Origin: Trueperaceae bacterium
Lineage (GTDB): Bacteria; Deinococcota; Deinococci; Deinococcales; Trueperaceae
Assembly (NCBI GenBank): GCA_965215565.1
Contig: CBDCDZ010000004.1
Span: forward strand, 3,712,001-3,776,000
DNA length: 64,000 nucleotides
Reading direction: 5' to 3'
The first letter of the stretch is position 1; each line of letters begins with the position of its first letter. The position numbers and the translations under genes were made by a program. The notes beneath the pieces are model-generated. The model saw only the letters and a program-made list of their open reading frames with translations. It ran no database searches and had not been told where the DNA came from. Shown here piece by piece: positions 9,431 to 18,742 of the stretch.

Positions 9431-10261
9431 TTACCGCGCAGGCAAGAGGTCAAACACTGCCAGTTCTGCCGGGCAGCGCAGCCGCGCCGGGAAGATCACG
9501 GTGCCTAGACCTCTCGAGACGTATGCGAGAGGTAGCGCGCGCTCCTCCACCCAGCCCGACGCGAACCGCTGACCGTGCGCCGACGAGGTGAAGACCGGAC
9601 CCCAGCCGGGCAGACGGACCTGCCCACCGTGCGTGTGCCCGCAGAGCGTGAGATTGACCTCTTGCGGAACATCCGGGATGAAGTCGGGGTTGTGGGCGAG
9701 GAGCAAGCAGGCGGCATCTTCGGGGCGGTTGCGCAGGGCGCTGACAATATCGGGCGCACCTCTTTGGGCGTCGTCCACACCTGCAAGGTAGAGGTCACTG
9801 CGGAGCTTGACGCCCCGGTTATTCAAGATGTGGACGCCCGCGCGGTTTAAGGCGGACTCGAGCCCTCGCAAATCTGCGAAGCGCGCGTGATCGTGGTTGC
9901 CCCACACGCCCCAGACCCCGAGCGGCGCGCGCAGGTCGAGCAGCGTACGTTCTAGTTCCTCTAAACTGCGCCCGAACCAGTGATCGACGAAGTCCCCGGT
10001 GGCGACGATAAGGTCGGGCTGCTGCGCGTTCGCCGCGTCTACCCACTCGCGGACGGCGGCGTAACCGACGAAGGGTCCGGTGTGAAAATCGCTGAGGTGC
10101 ACCACGCGGAGCGGCTGGTTCAACTTAGGCAGAGCGCGGCGGTGACGCGTCACCTCGAAGCGGTAGGCGTTTTGAACGACGCGAGCAGCGAGATAGGTTA
10201 CGGTGAAGCTCGCTACGCCCGATAAGGCACGCTGTAACGCGAGTTTAAGAGGTCGTTTCAT
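9431..10261 (-). CDS. Metallophosphoesterase (YkuE-like)
   Basis: SDFH, TGDFVD, GNHD, LAHNPD, GHTHGGQ. Confidence 0.9.
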   Translation of the reverse strand: MKRPLKLALQRALSGVASFTVTYLAARVVQNAYRFEVTRHRRALPKLNQPLRVVHLSDFHTGPFVGYAAVREWVDAANAQQPDLIVATGDFVDHWFGRSLEELERTLLDLRAPLGVWGVWGNHDHARFADLRGLESALNRAGVHILNNRGVKLRSDLYLAGVDDAQRGAPDIVSALRNRPEDAACLLLAHNPDFIPDVPQEVNLTLCGHTHGGQVRLPGWGPVFTSSAHGQRFASGWVEERALPLAYVSRGLGTVIFPARLRCPAELAVFDLLPAR

Positions 10262-10431
10262 CAGACAAGCTTAACGCGAAGCGTCGCTTATACTGCTTCG
10301 TTTGTGCGCCGTGGCGGTCCTTGTTGCGCTGCACATCTCCACTACCTAAGCCAATACGGTTCGTTCGGGCTGTGGCTGGCTCGAGCCTTCCCAAAAAATA
10401 TCAGTAACCAAAGTTCAACAAGAGGTCACGA

Positions 10432-11742
10432 ATGAAAACGAACCCTGCACGCCCCATGACCGAAGCCGCGCAGATGGAGCGGGTGCTCCAAGCTGACCCG
10501 CAGCGCAGCCGAGTCATCGAACGTACGCCCTTCTACTACGGCTGGGTCATCCTGCTCGCGGGCACCTTCGGCATCATGATGACGACGCCGGGGCAGACGG
10601 TGGGCGTGTCCGTCTTTCTGGACAAGATCATCGCCGACTTGGGCTTGCCGAGGGCGACGGTCTCGCTGCTCTATACCGTCGGCACGCTCATCGGTTCCTT
10701 CTCGCTGCCGTTCGTCGGGCGCTTCATCGACCGGCGCGGGCCGCGCTTAGCTGTCATTCTCATCACCTCACTCTTCGCGCTGGCGTGCGTGTGGATGGGT
10801 TTTGTGAGTGGGCTCGTGGGGCTGCTCGTCGGCTTCATCCTGATTCGCGGCCTCGGGCAAGGGGCGCTCTCGCTCGTCAGTTTGTACGTCATCAACATCT
10901 GGTTCGTGCGGCGGCGCGGGCTCGCCATCGGGCTTTCGGGGCTTGGGATGGCGCTTGCGACGAGCTTCTTTCCGCTCTTGATTGAATACTTGCTCGCGCA
11001 GTTCGGCTGGCGCACCGCCTACATGATGCTGGGCGGGCTCGTCGCGCTCACTATCTTGCCCGTGGGCGCACTCCTCTTCCGGGCACACCCGGAGCGCTTC
11101 GGCTTGCAGCCCGACGGCACCTCGCAACCGAGCGACGCGCCCGCCGAGGTCAGCTACAGCTTGGCGGAGGCGCGGCGCACGCTGACCTTCTGGCTCTTCG
11201 CGCTCGGCTCGGTCTGCGTGTCGGCGCTCGGGACGGGGCTTATTTTTCATCACTACGACATCATGGCGGCGCAAGACGTCACGCGGGTCGTCGCCGCGAC
11301 GATGTTCGTCCCCTTCGGGCTGGTGATGGCGGGCTCGAACCTGGTCACGGGCGTGCTCGTGGACCGCTTGCGCCCCAGGCTCTTGCTGAGCGCGATGCTG
11401 CTCCTTTTGTGCGGGGCGCTCGCCCTCGCGCCGCAGGTCGGCGGACCTCAGATGATGCTCGCGTACGGCGGGCTCTTCGGTTTTTTACAGGGGATGCAAG
11501 GGGCGATTCAGGGAAGCGTGTACGCGCACTACTTCGGGCGCGAGCACATCGGCTCGATCAAGGGGTTTGTCACGACGCTCTCGGTGGCGGGGACGGCGTT
11601 CGGACCGTTTCTGTTCGCGGTGGGGGTAGGGGTGCTTGGCAGCTACGCGCCTACCCTTTTGCTCTGTGCTCTCTTACCTCTTGTGGTGGCGGTGGCGGCG
11701 CTCTTTATCAAACCGCCTCGAGCCGCGCTTGCCTCCGGCTGA
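10432..11742 (+). CDS. MFS transporter
   Basis: About 12 TM segments; motif A GRFIDRRGPR; PFYYGWVI N-terminus. Confidence 0.9.
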   Translation: MKTNPARPMTEAAQMERVLQADPQRSRVIERTPFYYGWVILLAGTFGIMMTTPGQTVGVSVFLDKIIADLGLPRATVSLLYTVGTLIGSFSLPFVGRFIDRRGPRLAVILITSLFALACVWMGFVSGLVGLLVGFILIRGLGQGALSLVSLYVINIWFVRRRGLAIGLSGLGMALATSFFPLLIEYLLAQFGWRTAYMMLGGLVALTILPVGALLFRAHPERFGLQPDGTSQPSDAPAEVSYSLAEARRTLTFWLFALGSVCVSALGTGLIFHHYDIMAAQDVTRVVAATMFVPFGLVMAGSNLVTGVLVDRLRPRLLLSAMLLLLCGALALAPQVGGPQMMLAYGGLFGFLQGMQGAIQGSVYAHYFGREHIGSIKGFVTTLSVAGTAFGPFLFAVGVGVLGSYAPTLLLCALLPLVVAVAALFIKPPRAALASG

Positions 11743-11751
11743 GACGCTTCT

Positions 11752-13023
11752 TTAGCGCTTCAGCAGCGACAACATCTCAATGTGATGGGTCTGCGGGTAG
11801 AAGTCGAAAGGTTGAAAGCGTCTCAGGATGAGCCCTTGAGCCTCGAAGTGCGCGACGTCCCGTGCCCACGTCGCCACGTCGCACGACACGTAGAGGAGGC
11901 GCGACGCCGAAGAGGTCAGGATGGCTTCGCGCACGCCCTTCGCGAGCCCCGCCCTGGGCGGGTCTACGACGATGAGGTCCGCGCTCGGAAGAGGTCCGAG
12001 TTTTTTCGCGTCGGCGCGTATAAAGCTCAGATTCTGGACGCCTAGACGCGCCGCGTCGCGTTCGCCGCGCACCACGCTGCTCTTGTCCACTTCCAACGCG
12101 GTGACGCGCCCGAACCGCTCCGCTAGATGAAGCCCGATGATGCCCGTCCCTGCGTAGAGGTCCAAAGCCGTTTCGCCGGAGCCCGCCCAGTCCTTTAGCT
12201 CGGCGTAGAGGAGGCTCGCCGCCGCCGGGTTCGGCTGCGCGAAGCTCGTTGCCGACACGCTCACCGCGAAGTCGCCGTAGCGCTGCAAAAGGGCGCGCTC
12301 GCCCGCTAAACGTTCGGAGCCGCTGCGGAACCTGCCGCGCGGATCGTAAGGCGCGTAACTGACGCCGACGACGCCGACGTCCCTTTTTAAGAGGTCGTGC
12401 GCAAAAGGGAGGTAGTTTTTGGGCGACGCGCTCGCAACGAGCGACATAAGCGTTTCGCCTGCGTCGTTACAGCGGAAGACGACCTCGCGGATTCCTTTTG
12501 GCACGCCTTTGGGTGCGCCCTGCCACCTCTCCCACACGCGGTTGATACTTTCGTGCGCAACGGGGTCAGCGGGAAGCGTAATGATCTCTTGTTCTCCCGG
12601 TTTCCTGTAGCCAAGCCCACCTCTTGTCACCGCAGGTTGAACCGTATGGCGGTAGTGCAGAGCGCTAGGTGCAAGAACAACTTCGGGAACCTCAACCTCT
12701 CGCTTCAAGCTGCGCGCTAGGGCGTCCGCTGTGACCTCCCGCTTGAGCGCCAATTGACGCTCGTAGGTGGCGAAGCTGTAGTCGAGACCGGGGTGCGGGC
12801 TAGCCGGAACGCGCTCGGGGCTCGCCTCGAGCACCCGAGCCACCTCGCCTTGCAGCACGCCGGAGCGCATTTCCAGAACGGCTTCCACCCGCTCGCCCGG
12901 CAGCCCGCCGCGCACGAGGGCGATGCGCCCGTCCGCCAAGCGCGCCAAGGCTGCGCCGCCGTGGACCATCCGCTCGAGCCTCAACGCTTCTTTCACCGGT
13001 CTATTCAAAAGCTTTTTATTCAC
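11752..13023 (-). CDS. RNA uracil-5-methyltransferase (RlmD/TrmA family)
   Basis: TRAM-like N-terminus, SFAQPN, LDLYAGTG, VDPPRAG, YVSC, FYPQTHHIE; likely start GTG 13023 (upstream extension is repeat DNA). Confidence 0.88.
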   Translation of the reverse strand: MNKKLLNRPVKEALRLERMVHGGAALARLADGRIALVRGGLPGERVEAVLEMRSGVLQGEVARVLEASPERVPASPHPGLDYSFATYERQLALKREVTADALARSLKREVEVPEVVLAPSALHYRHTVQPAVTRGGLGYRKPGEQEIITLPADPVAHESINRVWERWQGAPKGVPKGIREVVFRCNDAGETLMSLVASASPKNYLPFAHDLLKRDVGVVGVSYAPYDPRGRFRSGSERLAGERALLQRYGDFAVSVSATSFAQPNPAAASLLYAELKDWAGSGETALDLYAGTGIIGLHLAERFGRVTALEVDKSSVVRGERDAARLGVQNLSFIRADAKKLGPLPSADLIVVDPPRAGLAKGVREAILTSSASRLLYVSCDVATWARDVAHFEAQGLILRRFQPFDFYPQTHHIEMLSLLKR

Positions 13024-13067
13024 GAGGTCATCACGGCTCAAGTCTAACGTGTCAGCGCTGCATGAAA

Positions 13068-13148
13068 TAGCAGGTATCATCTGGTTTGAGACACTCTCAC
13101 TATGCAAAGCGGTGTCTAGCACGCACATTCGGAGATGATATCTGCGCT
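13068..13148 (+). repeat. Dispersed MITE-like repeat family A copy
   Basis: TAGCAGGTATCATCTGGTTTGAG...CACGCAC...GATGATATCTGCGC, with inverted ends. Confidence 0.85.
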
Positions 13149-13398
13149 CATCCGTCTCAGTATGTCTTGGAACTGCTAAAACGTCCCTAAATGTCGGTCA
13201 AGTTGTGCCGAAAGGGATGGCGAGAAGAGAGCCTCTCCCTTTCTCGCACCACCTTCGCCCTACCCACTTTTTGGCTCATAACCCCTGTAAGGGAACTGCC
13301 TCAAAAAGCCATACCTCACTCGCAAAACTGATTTGAGTCACAATTTGGCACTGCGCCCCTAAACACGTGTGAAATTTCCTGCTATACTGCGCAGCAAT

Positions 13399-14496
13399 AT
13401 GAAACGTTCTCTACAGGAAATTGTCGAATTGGTCGTCTTCGGTCTTATCGCCCTCGTCGTCGCCACGGGCCTTCTCTGGGTCTTCGGTCAGATCATCGTC
13501 TGGGTCGGCGTGCTCTTCAAGCTGCTCGCCGGGCTGCTCTGGTTCTTGCTCAAGTACATCATCCCCGTCGTGGTCATTGTCGGCGCGGTCTACGCGCTGG
13601 TGAAGCTCATCCAGCGGCAGCAAAGCCAAAGTAGCGCGGTGACGGTTGGAGCCGGTGGCAATAGCCCGGCTGCATCTTCAACGAGCCCTTCTTCTATGAG
13701 TGCGGGTTCTACAAATACGGGCAGCAGCGTAGCCGTCGCACCTACCTCGCCCGCGCAGCCCGTCGAAGCGGAGCCCGTCGAAGAGTCTAAGTCAACCTCG
13801 ACGAGCCAGCCCTCAGACAAGCCCGTCGAAACAGTTGAGGCGGAGCCCGTCGAAGAGTCCAAGAGTGGCAGCTCGACAAGTCAAACTGGCGGTAGTGGCG
13901 CGTCAAGTTCGGCGAGCAGCTCGAGCGCAGGCAAGTCGAGTGGCGACACATCCGGTAGCGGTGCATCAAGTGATAGTACGCCGAGTGGCAGTACGTCGAG
14001 CGGCAGTTCAGCGAGCAAGAGCGGCGACGCGAGCGGTAGCGGCTCGAGCAGTGGTTCGTCCGGTGGCAAATCGAGCAGCGCTTCGACCAGTGCGAGCGGT
14101 AGCAGTGCAGGCTCGAGTAGTGGCGCGGGTAGCAAGGGTGGCGCATCAGATAGTGCTTCAAGTCAAACCGACGACGATGAGAGTGTAACGTTTAGAACGG
14201 GCGGCGCGTCAACCAAGGAGGGCGGAAGCGTGAAGACCAGCGAAAAGGACGGCGCTTCGGGGGCTAGTACGCCAGACAGCAGCTCGTCGAGCGGCAGTGA
14301 GGTGAGCCAAAAGCCTAAAGATAGCGACGCTGGAGCAGAGCGGAACTGGGCGCAGAATAAAGACGAGAGCGGTGCATCGAACTCAGGCAAGGGACAAGGG
14401 AGCAGCGCTTCAGGCTCGAGTAGTAACCAAAGCAAGAGTGACCAAGGTAAGGGCAACCAGAGCAAGGGTAACCAAGGTAAGAACAAGAAAAACTAA
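13399..14496 (+). CDS. Membrane-anchored protein with a long Ser/Gly-rich low-complexity tail
   Basis: Hydrophobic N-terminus of about 70 aa, duplicated VEAEPVEESKS, Ser/Gly tracts; followed by a terminator. Confidence 0.75.
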   Translation: MKRSLQEIVELVVFGLIALVVATGLLWVFGQIIVWVGVLFKLLAGLLWFLLKYIIPVVVIVGAVYALVKLIQRQQSQSSAVTVGAGGNSPAASSTSPSSMSAGSTNTGSSVAVAPTSPAQPVEAEPVEESKSTSTSQPSDKPVETVEAEPVEESKSGSSTSQTGGSGASSSASSSSAGKSSGDTSGSGASSDSTPSGSTSSGSSASKSGDASGSGSSSGSSGGKSSSASTSASGSSAGSSSGAGSKGGASDSASSQTDDDESVTFRTGGASTKEGGSVKTSEKDGASGASTPDSSSSSGSEVSQKPKDSDAGAERNWAQNKDESGASNSGKGQGSSASGSSSNQSKSDQGKGNQSKGNQGKNKKN

Positions 14497-14534
14497 CAGT
14501 TTAGGTTGAGGAACACGCCTTGGGTGTAAATCGA

Positions 14535-14566
14535 GTCCGTCAGAGCAGCCTCTGACGGACTTTCTC
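14535..14566 (+). terminator. Intrinsic terminator
   Basis: GTCCGTCAGAG-CAGC-CTCTGACGGAC-TTTCT. Confidence 0.7.
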
Positions 14567-14662
14567 CTTGTTTGAGGGTTAAGCGCCTGCTACTCTATGA
14601 GTACACAGCGCAGCCTAGAAGCGTCTAGTTTGTTACACTAATATGGTGAATTGAGGTAACCC

Positions 14663-15856
14663 GTGACCATTGCACCAACATCCACCCAAACAACCTCTCA
14701 CCTCCAAGACTTCTACGACTTGGAACCTCTTTATACGGGTGAGGAGAAGCGCCTTCGCGACGAAGCGAGGGCGTTCGCTGCCGAGGAAATTTTGCCGCAC
14801 ATCGGCGCGTGGTGGCAGGAGGGTCACTTTCCCGAGCATCTACCTCGTCAGTTTGGTAAGCGCGGGCTCTTAGGCGTGACGCTGCCCAAGAGGTATGGCG
14901 GCGCGGAGGCGTCCGCCACGGCGTACGGTCTCGTCAACCGAGAGGTAGAGTACGGCGACTCGGGGATGCGCTCGTTCGTCAGCGTGCAGTCAAGCTTGGT
15001 GATCTACCCGCTTTACCGCTACGCTTCTGAGGCGCTGCGCCAAAAATGGCTGCCGCGACTCACCAGCGGCGAAGCGGTGGGCTGCTTCAGCCTGACGGAG
15101 CCGCACGGCGGCAGCGATCCCGCGAACATGAAGACGACGGCGCGGCGCGTCGGCGACGAGTACGTGATCAGCGGTCGTAAACGCTGGGCGACAAGCGGGC
15201 TCATCGCGGATATCGCTATCATCTGGGCGAAGGACGAAGAGACGAGCAAAGTCGCGGGCTTCGTCGTAGATACGGATACGCCTGGCTTTAGAGCGGTCGA
15301 GATTGCCCAGAAAGCCTCCATGCGGGCGTCCATCAGCGCGGAGCTTCATTTGGAAGAGGTCGCCGTGCCCGTCGAAAACAGGCTCGAGGTAGAAGGTCTG
15401 CGCGGTCCCTTGTCCTGCTTGAATCAGGCGCGTTTCGGTATCTCTTACGGCGCTCTCGGCGCAGGGTTCTTTTGCTTCGAGGAGGCGGCGGCGTACGCGG
15501 GGGAGCGCGAGATGTTCGGCGTGCCCTTGTCGAGCAAGCAACTCGTCCAGGCGGAACTCGCCAACATGCTCGCAGACCTCACCAAAGGCAGTCTCCTGGC
15601 GTACCACCTGGGGCGTCTCAAGGAGCGCGGCGAGGACACGCCCGCGAGGGTTTCGCTCGCCAAGCGCGACAACGTGCGCGCAGCCCTGAACGCCGCGCGG
15701 CGTGCGCGCGACATCTTAGGCGGCAACGGCATCACGACGGAGTACGGCAGCATCCGGCACATGTTGAATTTAGAGACCGTCTCTACATACGAAGGAACCG
15801 ACAGCGTGCACACCTTAGCGCTCGGGCGCGAGATCACGGGGCACAGCGCTTTTTAG
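14663..15856 (+). CDS. Acyl-CoA dehydrogenase (glutaryl-CoA dehydrogenase-like)
   Basis: DSGMRSFVSVQSSL, FSLTEPHGGSDP, LGGNGI, TYEGT. Confidence 0.9.
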   Translation: MTIAPTSTQTTSHLQDFYDLEPLYTGEEKRLRDEARAFAAEEILPHIGAWWQEGHFPEHLPRQFGKRGLLGVTLPKRYGGAEASATAYGLVNREVEYGDSGMRSFVSVQSSLVIYPLYRYASEALRQKWLPRLTSGEAVGCFSLTEPHGGSDPANMKTTARRVGDEYVISGRKRWATSGLIADIAIIWAKDEETSKVAGFVVDTDTPGFRAVEIAQKASMRASISAELHLEEVAVPVENRLEVEGLRGPLSCLNQARFGISYGALGAGFFCFEEAAAYAGEREMFGVPLSSKQLVQAELANMLADLTKGSLLAYHLGRLKERGEDTPARVSLAKRDNVRAALNAARRARDILGGNGITTEYGSIRHMLNLETVSTYEGTDSVHTLALGREITGHSAF

Positions 15857-15944
15857 CGCGTGCGAAAAGCGAGTTGGTTGAAGTAATACGAGGAGAATTC
15901 AGACTACGAGGTGCTGGCTTACTCCGGCGTAATAGCCGCGTAAC

Positions 15945-15968
15945 AATAAGGGGTTGCAACCCCTTGTT
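15945..15968. repeat. Isolated family B core hairpin
   Basis: AATAAGGGGTTGCAACCCCTTGTT. Confidence 0.65.
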
Positions 15969-16036
15969 TACCTTTGACCTATCACAAGTATAGAAGGAGA
16001 GGGCAGAATGTGAGGAATAGCGTTCCTTCTGTGTTC

Positions 16037-16120
16037 TATAGCAAGTATCATTTGGTTTGAGCCAGTCTCACGCTGAAGAACATCGACGAGCACGCACATT
16101 CTTAAATGATACTTGCGCTA
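16037..16120 (+). repeat. Family A copy
   Basis: TATAGCAAGTATCATTTGGTTTGAG...AGCACGCACATT...AATGATACTTGCGCTA. Confidence 0.85.
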
Positions 16121-16148
16121 TTCCAATTCAGTACTTCTGTGAATTGCT

Positions 16149-16799
16149 TTAGTCCTCTCGAGCCCTCTCCGCCTGGTAGCCCTCTACAAAGCTCCTTACG
16201 AAGGTGCTCAGCACCTCTAGCGCCACCCGGTTCTTCCCGCCCTCGGGGATGATGAGGTCGGCGTGTTGTTTGGTGGGCTCGACGAAGAGGTCGTGCATCG
16301 GCTTAACGCTTCGTCGGTATTGGTCGATGACGCTCTGAGCGCTCCGCCCCCGCTCCCGTACGTCACGTTCTAAGCGCCGGATGAAGCGCTCGTCGGGCGG
16401 CGCGTCCACGAAGATGCTGAGCGAAAAACGTTCGCGCAGAGGGGGCTCGTGCAAGACGAGGACGCCCTCGACGACCATCACAGGTGCGGGCTCCAACCTT
16501 ACGGTGTCCGCCGAGCGGTCGTAGCGCGAGAAGTCGTAGACGGGCTGCGCCACGCTCTCGCCGCGCAGCAGCGCGTCGATCTGCTCGACTAAGAGGTCGG
16601 TATCAAAGGCGCTCGGCTCGTCGTAATTGGTGCGCTGCCGCGCCTCGAAAGGCAGCTCAGGCAGCGCGTGATAGTAAGCGTCTTGCGGCAAGGTGACGAC
16701 GCGCTCCGCCCCGGCTGCTCGCGCGATGGCCGCGCTCACCGTCGTTTTCCCCGAGCCCGTGCCGCCCGCGAGCCCGATCACGAGAGGTTTGCGCGCCAC
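16149..16799 (-). CDS. udk: Uridine kinase
   Basis: GLAGGTGSGKTT, QDAYY, NYDEPSAFD, RRLERDVRERGRS, FVEPTKQHADLIIP. Confidence 0.95.
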   Translation of the reverse strand: MARKPLVIGLAGGTGSGKTTVSAAIARAAGAERVVTLPQDAYYHALPELPFEARQRTNYDEPSAFDTDLLVEQIDALLRGESVAQPVYDFSRYDRSADTVRLEPAPVMVVEGVLVLHEPPLRERFSLSIFVDAPPDERFIRRLERDVRERGRSAQSVIDQYRRSVKPMHDLFVEPTKQHADLIIPEGGKNRVALEVLSTFVRSFVEGYQAERARED

Positions 16800-18478
16800 T
16801 ACGTAGGGGCGGCAGGCCCTAGCGCCGCGCCCGCCCTCTCTCGCCGCGCCTCGCGGTAGCGCACCGCCGCCGCGATAAAGCCTCTAAAGGGTGGACTCGC
16901 GCGCATCAAGCGCGTGTTGAATTCGGGGTGAGACTGGAGCCCCAAGAAGAACGGATGTCCCTCAAGCTCAACCGCCTCGACGAGCCCCGCGCCGCGCCCC
17001 TTCATCCCCGGCGTGACGCCTGAGACGGTGAGCCCCGCGTCCTTGAGCCGCGCCACATACGCCGGATTGACCTCGTAGCGGTGGCGGTGACGCTCTAGAG
17101 CGACGCCCTCTTTGTCGAGCAGGGATTCGTAAAGCCTTGCCAGGCATGTGCCCGGCGTGACCTGCATGGGCCAGTCGCCCAAACGCATGGTGCCGCCTAA
17201 GCCGGCTACCTCGAGCTGTTCGGGCATCAGCCCAATCACAGGATGCGGCGTGTAGGTGTCGAACTCGGTGGAGTTCGCGCCCTCTAAACCCGCCTCGTGC
17301 CGTGCGAACTCGATGACGGCAACTTGCATCCCCAAGCAGATACCCAAGTACGGTACGCCCTCGGTCCGCGCGTAGCCCGCCGCCAACACCTTCCCCTCGA
17401 TGCCGCGCACGCCGAAGCCACCCGGTACGAGCACGCCGTCTAAGTCACTCAACGTATCCAACTGCTGCTCCAACAGGTCTTCGGCGTTGACCCATCTGAG
17501 CGCGACGTGCGCGTGGTTGGCGATGCCCGCGTGCTTCAGGGCTTCCATCAAGCTGAGGTAAGCGTCGGGCATCGCGACGTATTTGCCCACGACGCCTATG
17601 GTGACCTCTTGCTCAGGCTGCCGCAGCACCTTGACCGCCTCGCGCCACGCGCGAAGCTCGGGTGTGACCTTCTCCAGAGAGAGTCTGCGCTCGATGAAGC
17701 GCCCGATGCTCTGCTGCTCCAAAATTTCGGGCACCGCGTAGACGTGGTCGGCGTCGTGCGAGTTAAAGACGTCTCTCGCCTCGACGTTGGTAAAAAGCGC
17801 GATTTTGCTGCGCACCTCTTCGGGGACCGGACTCTGCGAGCGCAAGATGATGCCGTCGGGCTGAATGCCCACACCGCGCAGCGTCGCCACCGAGTGCTGC
17901 GTCGGTTTGGTCTTGAACTCTTCGCTGGTGCCCAAGTAGGGTAGTAAAGTCACGTGGAAGTAGAGCGTGTTCTCGCGGCCCTCTTCGAAGCGCATCTGGC
18001 GAATCGCCTCCAAGAAGGGTAACGACTCGATGTCGCCCACCGTGCCGCCCACCTCGACTAGAACGAGTTCAGCGCCTGCCTCTTTTCCTGCCGTGCGGAT
18101 GCGCTCCTTAATCTCGTCGGTGACGTGCGGGATGACCTGCACGGTCTGCGAGAGGTATTCGCCGCGCCGCTCCTTCTCGATGACGCTCTGGTAGACCTGC
18201 CCCGTCGTGACGTTGTTGCCGCGCCCCAAGTTGATGTCTAAAAAACGTTCGTAAGTGCCGACGTCCAGGTCGGTCTCCGCACCGTCCGAGGTCACAAAAA
18301 CCTCGCCGTGCTCGTAAGGGCGCATGGTGCCCGCGTCCACGTTGATATAGGGGTCTATCTTAACTGCGGTGACGCGGTAGCCGCGCGCGCGCAGGAGTGC
18401 GCCGATGCTCGAGGTGGCGATTCCCTTGCCCAAGCTCGAGACCACGCCGCCCGTGATGAAGATGTAGTTGGTCTGCAT
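16799..18478 (-). CDS. pyrG: CTP synthase
   Basis: GGVVSSLGKGI, KTKPTQHSV, GICLGMQ, ERHRHRYEVN, QSHPEF. Confidence 0.98.
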   Translation of the reverse strand: MQTNYIFITGGVVSSLGKGIATSSIGALLRARGYRVTAVKIDPYINVDAGTMRPYEHGEVFVTSDGAETDLDVGTYERFLDINLGRGNNVTTGQVYQSVIEKERRGEYLSQTVQVIPHVTDEIKERIRTAGKEAGAELVLVEVGGTVGDIESLPFLEAIRQMRFEEGRENTLYFHVTLLPYLGTSEEFKTKPTQHSVATLRGVGIQPDGIILRSQSPVPEEVRSKIALFTNVEARDVFNSHDADHVYAVPEILEQQSIGRFIERRLSLEKVTPELRAWREAVKVLRQPEQEVTIGVVGKYVAMPDAYLSLMEALKHAGIANHAHVALRWVNAEDLLEQQLDTLSDLDGVLVPGGFGVRGIEGKVLAAGYARTEGVPYLGICLGMQVAVIEFARHEAGLEGANSTEFDTYTPHPVIGLMPEQLEVAGLGGTMRLGDWPMQVTPGTCLARLYESLLDKEGVALERHRHRYEVNPAYVARLKDAGLTVSGVTPGMKGRGAGLVEAVELEGHPFFLGLQSHPEFNTRLMRASPPFRGFIAAAVRYREARRERAGAALGPAAPT

Positions 18479-18636
18479 AAAACCATCCTCTCCGGGGTTT
18501 CATGCTACCACGCTGGAGAGGTGCAAGGAGAAGGGGCGGCTTTTGGGGCCGCCCTTAGTTGGATGGAGACTGAGTAGCGTTTGCTGCTAGGGCTCAACTA
18601 TGTATAGCGGTTATCAGAAGTACTGAGCTTGAATCA

Positions 18637-18740
18637 CGCAGATATCATCCCTTAAAGTGCGTGCTGCTTACGCAGTTTTCACGCAGTGAAACGATGTTCT
18701 ATCTTGTGAGATTAGCTCAAACCAGATGATACCTGCTATA
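18637..18740 (-). repeat. Family A copy (reverse, internally expanded)
   Basis: CGCAGATATCATC...GTGCGTGCT...CTCAAACCAGATGATACCTGCTATA. Confidence 0.85.
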
Positions 18741-18742
18741 GT

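Noticed and set aside
13024..13128. N-terminal extension of the RlmD-like ORF
   Set aside because: It is read through a family A repeat; homology-like sequence begins near 13023.
13200..13312. Hairpin-rich intergenic segment as an ncRNA or riboswitch
   Set aside because: Two modest hairpins but no recognisable family motif and no second copy in the window.
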